Part shown: piece by piece, positions 56,661 through 64,000 of the stretch | How the letters are laid out: each line of letters opens with the position of its first letter | Numbering within the stretch: position 1 is the first letter of the stretch | Assembly (NCBI GenBank): GCA_951812825.1 | Contig: OX638324.1 | Location: forward strand, 311,317-375,316 | Source: an uncultured Dehalococcoidia bacterium | Lineage (GTDB): Bacteria; Chloroflexota; Dehalococcoidia; Lucifugimonadales; GCA-2712585 | DNA: 64,000 nucleotides | Reading direction: 5' to 3' | The notes under the pieces: model-generated | What the model was told of the DNA's origin: nothing | The model's input: only the letters and a program-made list of their open reading frames with translations | The model's database searches: none | Made by a program: the position numbers and the translations under genes

Positions 56661-57437
56661 ATGAACATCGAATACACTGGCAAAACTGCCATCGTCACCG
56701 GCGCCGCCCACGGCATCGGACGCGCCATCGTCCACGGTCTCGCGGCCAACGGCGCCCACGTCTGGGCCTGCGACATCCTCGACGATGTCCTGCAGGAAAC
56801 CGTCGACACCGCCCAACCCCAAAACGGCGGCTCCGTCCACGCCTCCGTTACCGACGTTTCCGACGCCACGGCCGTCGCGTCCCTGGTAGAAAAAGCCTCC
56901 GCCCGCAACGGCCGGGTCGACATCCTGGTCCACAGCGCGGGAGGCACCGTCGGCCAGGCTGGCCAGCCCCTCGAGTCCGTCACCCCCGAAAATTGGCAGG
57001 CAATCTTCGACGTTAACCTCAAGGGGGCCTTCATCTGCTCCCAGGCCGTCGCGCCGGGCATGAAACAAGCTGGGTTGGGCAGAATCCTGATAATCTCCAG
57101 CGGCGCCGGACTGGGCGTCAGCCTCACCGGCATCCAGGCCTACGCCTCCGCCAAGGCAGGACAGATCGGCCTCGTCCGCCAGCTCGCCCACGAGCTCGGC
57201 CCCTTCGGCATCACAGTGAACAGCGTAGCCCCCGGCTTCATCCGCTCCAACCCCACCACCGAACGCCAGTGGGAGGCGATGGGTGCCGAAGGCCAGCAAA
57301 GGCTGATGCAAAGCATCCCGGTCAAACGCCCCGGCAGGGCGGAAGACATCGCCCACGCGGTCATGTTCCTCGTCTCCGATTACGCCGGCTACATCAGCGG
57401 ACAGACCCTCTCCGTCAACGGCGGCCCCCGCCGCTAA
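56661..57437 (+). CDS. Short-chain dehydrogenase/reductase
   Basis: VTGAA.GIG, YASAK (YxxxK), VN..APG, SGQ...V.GG. Confidence 0.93.
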   Translation: MNIEYTGKTAIVTGAAHGIGRAIVHGLAANGAHVWACDILDDVLQETVDTAQPQNGGSVHASVTDVSDATAVASLVEKASARNGRVDILVHSAGGTVGQAGQPLESVTPENWQAIFDVNLKGAFICSQAVAPGMKQAGLGRILIISSGAGLGVSLTGIQAYASAKAGQIGLVRQLAHELGPFGITVNSVAPGFIRSNPTTERQWEAMGAEGQQRLMQSIPVKRPGRAEDIAHAVMFLVSDYAGYISGQTLSVNGGPRR

Positions 57438-57452
57438 CAGATACGCCCGACG

Positions 57453-58601
57453 CTACCCGTCAAACAGCGCCGCAATCCGCTCCCCCACAACCTTCTCTTC
57501 TCCGTCCCGCAGCCCGAACATGTGGATGGCAATGAAGTCCTCGCCTTCCTTCACCCGCGTCCACACCGGCGGGTCCCCCTCCTTCAGCCTCGTCACAACG
57601 TCGTCGTTCGTCATTCCAGTCACTGCAGGGTCTACGTTCAGCCGCACGCCAAAGGGCTGATGGCCGATAACATTTTCCATAATCGCCGCGTCCAACCCCG
57701 AAATTCCCAGCAGACACGTAAGCACCGTCCGACTCATCCGCTCCGCCTTCGCCAGCCTGTCCTCGTGGTTCATCGTCATCCAGTGACGCACCGCCGCCAC
57801 CGCCCCCACTATCTCCTGCCTGTCCACCTTCTGCGGACGACCCACCCCCCGGATCCGACGTCCCTCGTACCCCACGAACGACTGCAGAGACAGCTTCCGC
57901 ATAAAATCTTCGCTCCCCAGCGCCAGCCCGACGGACTGCGAAGCGCCAAGGTACTTGGCCGCGATGCACTGGAACGAAGCCCCCATCCGCACGTACTTCC
58001 CGAAGTTCTCCAGCGGATAGATCTGTCCCGCGGCGTCCACCAGCACCGGCAGCCCATGCTCATTCGCCACCTCCACCGTCTCCTCCAGCGAAAGTTCATG
58101 CGGGTCAGGCGTCTGCTCCATCGCCACGTAGTGGACCGCCGCCGTATTCTCTCCGATGGCCTGCTCGAGGTCTTCCCGGGTCGTGCCTTCGTCAGACCCG
58201 AAGTCGACCAGCTTCGCCCCCGCAAGCTCCAGACACCGGTCGTACCAGTACCGATGCCGACGCTGAATCAGAATCTCGTCCTTCATCCCCTCCGTGTTGG
58301 GTAGCATCTGTATCTTCTCGTCGTCGTCCCCCGCCATCACCGCTGCGGTTGCCAGCGTCAGGGCCGAACCTGCCCCCGAAGTGACATACGCCGCCGGAAC
58401 GTTCGCCATCTTCGCGATAGCCTCACCCGCCTTCTCCTCCAGCTCCATTAACGGAATATACGCGTCGTCCGCCCGCTCCATCGCCTCCTTCACCTCCGGA
58501 ATCGGCGTCGAACCACCCAGGAGCGTCACGCTCCCAATCGCGTTGATGACGGGCCTCGCCCCAAGCTCCTTGTAGATGCTGCCCCAGTCCTGCTCTGTCA
58601 T
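57453..58601 (-). CDS. SelA-like PLP-dependent enzyme (DgaE-related)
   Basis: RP.INA.G..T.LGGS, VDAA, K.LG, G.GR..KV..E. Confidence 0.75.
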   Translation of the reverse strand: MTEQDWGSIYKELGARPVINAIGSVTLLGGSTPIPEVKEAMERADDAYIPLMELEEKAGEAIAKMANVPAAYVTSGAGSALTLATAAVMAGDDDEKIQMLPNTEGMKDEILIQRRHRYWYDRCLELAGAKLVDFGSDEGTTREDLEQAIGENTAAVHYVAMEQTPDPHELSLEETVEVANEHGLPVLVDAAGQIYPLENFGKYVRMGASFQCIAAKYLGASQSVGLALGSEDFMRKLSLQSFVGYEGRRIRGVGRPQKVDRQEIVGAVAAVRHWMTMNHEDRLAKAERMSRTVLTCLLGISGLDAAIMENVIGHQPFGVRLNVDPAVTGMTNDDVVTRLKEGDPPVWTRVKEGEDFIAIHMFGLRDGEEKVVGERIAALFDG

Positions 58602-58781
58602 TCTTCACTCCTTAACCTGCGTTTCGATTCGAATAATATATGCTGCCTGTCGATTGAACAAGACGGCACAACCAGATATGACCGCCGACCGGAAATGTCA
58701 AACTGATTTGACCAGGAGTCCTGGGTTCTCTGTCATAGAACAGATCCTTGCGCTATAATATCAGCCAGAGGTTAACCCCAA

Positions 58782-59162
58782 ATGGTCACATCCGACGTCA
58801 CATATCGAGAAGCTTCCCGCCACCTGCTGGCTCAGGCCCACGCCGAGTTGGCGTCCGGCGATCTGCGCCAGGCGTCGGAGAAAGCGTGGGGCGCCGCCGC
58901 CCAGGTCGTAAAAGCCGCTGCCCATCTTCGCGGCTGGGACCACTACTCTCACCGTAGCCTCTTCGTCACCGTCGATAAACTGGTAGACGAAGTTGGAGAC
59001 CCGGATATCCACAATCTGTTCATGTTCGCCAACGGTCTCCACACCAACTTCTACGAAAACGCCTTCAGCGCCGATAGGGTGGCTCGCAACCTGGTTCAAA
59101 CCGAAGCATTCATCGCCAAAATGGAAGCCACCCTCGACGCCTCCCCATCAAACGGCCAATAG
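58782..59162 (+). CDS. PaREP1-family (HEPN-like) protein
   Basis: L..GDL.QASEK.WGAAA..VKA.A...G..H.SH, A..LH.NFYE. Confidence 0.8.
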   Translation: MVTSDVTYREASRHLLAQAHAELASGDLRQASEKAWGAAAQVVKAAAHLRGWDHYSHRSLFVTVDKLVDEVGDPDIHNLFMFANGLHTNFYENAFSADRVARNLVQTEAFIAKMEATLDASPSNGQ

Positions 59163-59166
59163 CGCT

Positions 59167-60099
59167 TTGAACCCCGCACTCACCGAGCCACGTGATGGGC
59201 GGCTGAAGCAGCCGGGCGAAAGCCCCAGCCGACGCTTCAGTACCGCTTTCAGGGACTACGTAACCCTCACCAAGCCCCGCATAGTCCTGCTTCTCCTGTT
59301 CACAGCCCTGGTGGGAATGTTCCTGGCCGCCGCCGGCCCGCCCGACTTCAAGCTGGCAGCCATCGTCATGGTTGCCGGAGCGCTGGCATCCGGCGGCGCC
59401 AACGCCCTCAACCACTTCCTCGACAGGGATATCGACGCCCGCATGCGCAGGACCAGCCGCCGCCCCGTGGCCGCCCAGCGCGTCAGCCCACCTCAGGCGC
59501 TCATTTTCGGCTTTACCGTCAACGTAATCGCCTTCATACTCTTCGCCACGCTGGTCAACCTTCTCAGCGCCGTCCTCGCCCTCTCCTCCACCCTCTTCTA
59601 CGTCTTCGTCTACACCATGAGCCTCAAGCGGACTACACCCCAGAACATCGTCATCGGTGGTGCTGCCGGAGCCCTCCCTCCCGTCATAGGCTGGACCGCC
59701 GTAACCGGCAGCCTCGCCCTCCCCGCCTTCTACCTCTTCGCCATCGTCTTTTTCTGGACCCCGCCCCACTTCTGGGCATTGTCCCTTCTGCTCAAGGACG
59801 ACTACGAAAGCGTTGGCGTACCCATGCTCCCCGTAGTCATGGGCGTCACCAAAACTAAGAAGGCCATCCTTCTCTACAGCATCCTGTTGCTGGCCCTCAC
59901 GTCCATGTTCTTCGTCACCGGCGCCGTAGGCTGGCTGTATCTGGGCACGTCTCTTTTCCTGGGCCTGGTATTCGTGTATCAAGCCGCCAGACTGCTCAGA
60001 AGTCCCGGCATCCAGGGCGCCCTCTCCACCTACCTCTACTCCCTCGCCTACCTGTTCCTACTCTTCGCCGCCATCGCCGTAGACGCTTCCATTTCCTGA
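59167..60099 (+). CDS. cyoE: Protoheme IX farnesyltransferase (heme o synthase); start uncertain
   Basis: LTKPR, N...DRDID..M.RT..RP, YT..LKR.T.QNIVIGG.AGA.PP, FFWTPPHFWAL, DY..VGVPMLP. Confidence 0.93.
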   Translation: MNPALTEPRDGRLKQPGESPSRRFSTAFRDYVTLTKPRIVLLLLFTALVGMFLAAAGPPDFKLAAIVMVAGALASGGANALNHFLDRDIDARMRRTSRRPVAAQRVSPPQALIFGFTVNVIAFILFATLVNLLSAVLALSSTLFYVFVYTMSLKRTTPQNIVIGGAAGALPPVIGWTAVTGSLALPAFYLFAIVFFWTPPHFWALSLLLKDDYESVGVPMLPVVMGVTKTKKAILLYSILLLALTSMFFVTGAVGWLYLGTSLFLGLVFVYQAARLLRSPGIQGALSTYLYSLAYLFLLFAAIAVDASIS

Positions 60100-60113
60100 C
60101 AACACGTCCCGCC

Positions 60114-60258
60114 TGTCATTCGCAATTCTGAGCATGGTAAAGAATCTAGCAAACGACTAACGCGTCCGACTAACCTCTTGCCCCTTCACCCACATGTCAT
60201 TCCGAACGCAGCACGCCCCCCTCATGTCATCCTGAGGAGGCTCCGCGACGAAGGATCT
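60114..60258 (+). repeat. Cluster of GTCAT-tagged REP-like elements
   Basis: gtcatcctgaggaggctccgcgacgaaggatct (60226-60258) plus degenerate units at about 60116 and 60196. Confidence 0.65.
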
Positions 60259-60412
60259 CGATCCCGTCCACACACTCGCAAGGGTGTTACCCAGGTGCCC
60301 GGTTTAAGTGCTATCTATGTGCCCAGTTGCACAATGGGGCTGATCCGGCTGAGACGCACAACTGAATTGGCCGCTACCCAAGCCCCCACCAGCCGAAATA
60401 CCCGCTCCCTAC

Positions 60413-61297
60413 CTAGCCCTGTCGGACGAACTTCTGGACCCGCTGCTCCCAGCATACCGCCATGTAAATATCCCCGTGCGTGTCAACCCAGATCTGGTGG
60501 CCGTAGACCGTGTCGAACCGCGCCTGCACGTCCCCTGACTTGTCCAGAACCGTGATGCGCGGCGACTCGTCGTCCGCGCCGCCTTCGTGCACAAACACGT
60601 TCTCGTCGCCGTCCATGCAGATGTCCACGGGGCTGGTGAGATCCGCCCACTGGTTGACGAACTCCCCCGCGGGTGAGAATATCTGCACCCGGTTGTTCTT
60701 CCTGTCGCACACGTACACCAACCCCTCCGAGTCCACCCAAAGGCTGTGGGGCAGGTGAAACTCTCCCGGCGCGTTCTTTCCCGGCGCGCCCCACGACGAA
60801 ATTAGCTCGCCGCCGCCGGAGAAGCGGTGCACCCGCGCATTCCGGTACCCGTCGGAAACGTAGATGTCGCCTGAAGGGGCGCTGAACATCCGGGTAGGCA
60901 TGTTGAACGGCTCGGCGGCCCGCTGCGGCTCGCCCCCAATCTCCGTCAGCCCCGTATGGGAAGGATAACCCTTCCTCCCCAACTCCATCAGCCGCTCCCC
61001 GTCCAACCTTAGATGCAATGCCTGATGCGCGCCCCGGTCCACCAGGTACATCGAGTCGTCCCCAGAGATGGTCATGATATGACCCTCGTTGATCTCACCC
61101 TCGCCCCAGGAGCACAGGTAGTTTCCCTCTCTGTCGAAGACGATGATCGGCGGTTCCTGACGCTGGTGACACACGTACACCCGGTCCTGCGAGTCAACCG
61201 CCACGCCGACAAGTATGCCGAATTGCCAGCCTTCAGGCAGCTTCGCCCAATTCTCGATAATCCGATACTGGTATCGGCCGCTACCTACCGTATTCAT
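60413..61297 (-). CDS. NHL-repeat protein, peptidylglycine alpha-amidating lyase-like subtype
   Basis: WAKLP.G, VAVDS.DRVYV, FN.PT, YVSDGY.NARVH.F, F.LPH, CDR.N.R.Q.F. Confidence 0.85.
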   Translation of the reverse strand: MNTVGSGRYQYRIIENWAKLPEGWQFGILVGVAVDSQDRVYVCHQRQEPPIIVFDREGNYLCSWGEGEINEGHIMTISGDDSMYLVDRGAHQALHLRLDGERLMELGRKGYPSHTGLTEIGGEPQRAAEPFNMPTRMFSAPSGDIYVSDGYRNARVHRFSGGGELISSWGAPGKNAPGEFHLPHSLWVDSEGLVYVCDRKNNRVQIFSPAGEFVNQWADLTSPVDICMDGDENVFVHEGGADDESPRITVLDKSGDVQARFDTVYGHQIWVDTHGDIYMAVCWEQRVQKFVRQG

Positions 61298-61330
61298 ATA
61301 CCTTGCTCCTGGTGAAATGCTGACAAGCTG

Positions 61331-61852
61331 CTATCTGGCCAGATAGGGATACCCGAACCGGCCCATGTGAGCAATAGCAGACATGGGCTTTCGCTTTCTG
61401 TTGCGACCCCTCACGGAATCCAGCCGGTAGCCGAAGGGCAGAACGGTAATGAGATCAAAGTCCATCGGAACTCCCAACATCTGCTTCACCTGCAGTTCCG
61501 CTTTCGGGTCGCTGAAACCAACGAAGCAGGTGCCAAGCCCCAGCGACCAAGCCATGATCTCCATCTGCTGAATTGCCCTGCCCGCATCCAGATCGAGCCG
61601 TTCGGCGTCCCGCATAAAAACAGCAATGGCCATCGGAGCACCAGCAATGAAGGGACCGCTTTCGGCGATGGCTCCAATCTCCTTCAACATGTCAGAGTCC
61701 GTAATCACCACGAAGTGCCACGGCTGACGATTTCGAGAGCTTGGCGCACCCCGGCCCGCCTGCAATATCTTGGTGGTCACGTCGATGGGCACCCGGTCCG
61801 GCTTGAACTCCCTGATGGTCAGTCGGGTGTTGAGGCATTCATAAACGTCCAT
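61331..61852 (-). CDS. Nitroreductase family protein
   Basis: R.TIR.F, APS..N.QPWHF.V, D.G.A...M...A..LGLG.C. Confidence 0.9.
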   Translation of the reverse strand: MDVYECLNTRLTIREFKPDRVPIDVTTKILQAGRGAPSSRNRQPWHFVVITDSDMLKEIGAIAESGPFIAGAPMAIAVFMRDAERLDLDAGRAIQQMEIMAWSLGLGTCFVGFSDPKAELQVKQMLGVPMDFDLITVLPFGYRLDSVRGRNRKRKPMSAIAHMGRFGYPYLAR

Positions 61853-62055
61853 GGCTCCCTCCTCTGGTCAACCCTTAGTTTCACCTTAATTAGGTCAATG
61901 TTAGTTACGTTAACTCTAAAGGCTGGTGAACGCTCCAGGCAAGTCTAACTGCCACCGCGCTTTCCCAGATTTTACGTTATACGCTTTTCTCCTCGGCCAT
62001 AGCGATTACAACCCGTAGTGTGGTAGAGTGTCTCTAAGCAAAAAGGGAGGGCGTT

Positions 62056-63228
62056 ATGGAATACAATCTTGTTTCTGGAGATTCCCACGTAGACCTCAGT
62101 TGGCTTCCGGGAGACCTTTTTGTCGAAGGAGCTCCCGAAGCGTTGAAGGACAAGGTCCCGCGAATCGAAGAGACCGACGAAGGCCCGCGTTGGATCGCCG
62201 AAGGAGGAGTCCTCGGCGTGGCCAACGCCGCCGGTCACGGCTTCAGCCCTCCCGTCCGCGGCATGCGCAAGCGCATCGACCGCATGTGGGACGCCGGTTT
62301 CTACGAAGGCGGCCCCCATCCCACCACTCCCGAGCTGCGCCTCCAGGACATGGTTATGGACGGCATCGACGCCGAGGTCCTCTATGGCATCACCGGTACC
62401 GGTATGCGCCTCAAGGACCACGACACCATCGCCGCCACCTACCGCACCTATAACGATTGGGTGGCCGAATTCTGCGACAGCAACCCTGGTCGCTGGTACG
62501 CCCTCGCCTGCATCCCCATCCACGATCCCAACTTGGCGGCGGCGGAGCTTCAGCGCGCCGCCGACAAGGGCCCCATCCGCGGCGCAGACCTGATCGCCAG
62601 CGAGGTCACCTGGCCCATCTACACCCGGGACGGTCACTGGGACCCGCTATGGGACGTGGTCGCCAAAAACAACATGTCCATCTCCTTCCACGTCGGTGGC
62701 GGACGCATCCCCGTGCCCCCGCCGCCCAACGGCGACGCCTCCTCAAACGGCGATTCCTCCCAGAACGAGCTCGCCCATCAGGGCGTCACCCAGTCCCTAG
62801 GCCAGCTCTCCGGCGTCCAGTGGCTCATCGGCATCATCCTCAGCGGCACCTGCGAAAAGTTCCCCGGCTTCAAATTCGTCATGGGGGAATGCGGAGCAGG
62901 CTGGGTCCCCTTCGTTCTCGGTCGAATGGACCACATCTACCTCGACAGCGCCCTCGACAAGAAGTTCGACCCGCCCCTCAGCATGCTCCCCAGCGAGTAC
63001 TGGTTCCGGCAGGGCAGCACCACCTTCCAGGAGGAGTCCGACGTGGCCCAGATGGCCCACCTCATCGGCGAAAACAACATGATGTGGGGCTCCGACTATC
63101 CCCATCCCGACGGTGTCTGGCCCGACTCCAAGGCCATAATCCAGGAGACCATGGGCGATCTCGACCCCGGCGTCCTCACCAAAATCACCCGAGACAACGC
63201 CGTCAAACAATACCGCATGGGCCAATAA
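62056..63228 (+). CDS. Amidohydrolase_2 family protein
   Basis: SGDSHV, D...DG.DAEV.Y, YNDW..EFC, E.G.GW.P....RMD, WGSDYPH.D..WP. Confidence 0.9.
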   Translation: MEYNLVSGDSHVDLSWLPGDLFVEGAPEALKDKVPRIEETDEGPRWIAEGGVLGVANAAGHGFSPPVRGMRKRIDRMWDAGFYEGGPHPTTPELRLQDMVMDGIDAEVLYGITGTGMRLKDHDTIAATYRTYNDWVAEFCDSNPGRWYALACIPIHDPNLAAAELQRAADKGPIRGADLIASEVTWPIYTRDGHWDPLWDVVAKNNMSISFHVGGGRIPVPPPPNGDASSNGDSSQNELAHQGVTQSLGQLSGVQWLIGIILSGTCEKFPGFKFVMGECGAGWVPFVLGRMDHIYLDSALDKKFDPPLSMLPSEYWFRQGSTTFQEESDVAQMAHLIGENNMMWGSDYPHPDGVWPDSKAIIQETMGDLDPGVLTKITRDNAVKQYRMGQ

Positions 63229-63239
63229 CCCTCCCCCTT

Positions 63240-63411
63240 CACCATTCCTGCGAAAGAGGGCGCTCTTTGGGAGCGCCCTCTTTCGTTCCCCCTCCACCCC
63301 AACTTCCGTAGGGGCGGCTCGCGATCCGCCCACCTCTCTAACCAATTCCAACTCCAACGCTCACGTGGGTTCCCCACACCACTCTTGTTCCTGCGAAGGC
63401 AGGAACCAATT
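63240..63411 (+). repeat. Intergenic palindrome cluster (hairpin plus REP-like units)
   Basis: aaagagggcgctc-tttgg-gagcgccctcttt, gtaggggcggctcgcgatccgccc, ttcctgcgaaggcaggaa. Confidence 0.6.
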
Positions 63412-63575
63412 CCACCCTCCACGCGGGCGGAAACTCCCAACCACGCGCCTCGACGCAAACCCAACACCACCCTCAACAAAAACAGACGGGGCATTTGCAG
63501 CCCCGTCATGTTTTCAAACTATTCAATTGTCGCCGGTCGTAACGGCGGGGGGACGGCGGCTGGGCCGCCAAATCC

Positions 63576-63839
63576 CTAATACATTCGGCGGCGGTCTTCC
63601 CTCGGTCGAGCCTGGTTCGCGTTAATCGGCCTCCCCTTGATGGGCTTCCCGTTCAACTCTGCGATGGCGGCCTCCGCCTCCGTGTCGTTCTCCATCTCCA
63701 CAAACCCGAATCCCCGGGACCTGTCCGTATACCGGTCCCGAATTACCCTTGCCGACGTCACAGTTCCGAAGGCGCTGAAGGCTTCGCCCAGCTCCTCGTC
63801 CGAAACGTCATAAGAGAGATTACCTACGTAGATGTTCAT
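63576..63839 (-). CDS. RRM-domain RNA-binding protein
   Basis: RNP2 IYVGNL and RNP1 RGFGFVEM. Confidence 0.95.
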   Translation of the reverse strand: MNIYVGNLSYDVSDEELGEAFSAFGTVTSARVIRDRYTDRSRGFGFVEMENDTEAEAAIAELNGKPIKGRPINANQARPREDRRRMY

Positions 63840-64000
63840 TAACGGCGCTCCTTAAAGCTAACAATTTCTCCTCTCACCTGGGAAACGCCGCACAGAGCAT
63901 CAACTTACCCAAACTCAACAAGCGGATCGTCACAATAACCTGGTCTAGGAGTCTCCCCTATTCTACCACGCCTTTGGGATTCTTTCTCAAGCCCCGAAAT

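Noticed and set aside
57453-58601. Selenocysteine synthase (selA)
   Set aside because: Shorter than typical SelA, with no selB, selD or tRNA-Sec nearby; better called a SelA-like PLP enzyme.

Overview
A GC-rich bacterial chromosomal segment with about 50 genes and one tRNA(CAT). The lineage is inferred to be Chloroflexota/Dehalococcoidia (SAR202-like), from the paralog-rich content: orphan family-5 solute-binding lipoproteins with Pro/Thr tethers, many amidohydrolases, amidases, PuuE-like deacetylases, DUF1800 and NHL proteins. The left end is housekeeping (aroA 3' end, tRNA, an RNase HI-MoaC fusion, moaA, rdgB, an acyl-CoA mutase, pyrF, sfsA). The rest is catabolic genes interspersed with small accessory cassettes and many REP-like palindromes. 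Strongest leads: (1) a 4.3-kb integrase-less island encoding a 1344-aa protein with an MqsA-type HTH, a PD-(D/E)xK-like nuclease and a STAND NTPase. It is bounded by a 139-bp duplication of the neighbouring gene's 3' end, whose in-gene differences are all synonymous, and it has its own sigma70 promoter with an overlapping inverted repeat. (2) A DUF1800 + cytoplasmic NHL beta-propeller module that occurs three times, without the usual DUF1501 partner. (3) Several REP-like families, mostly in one orientation and often beside TA-like cassettes. All family assignments come from motif recognition by eye; no database search was run.
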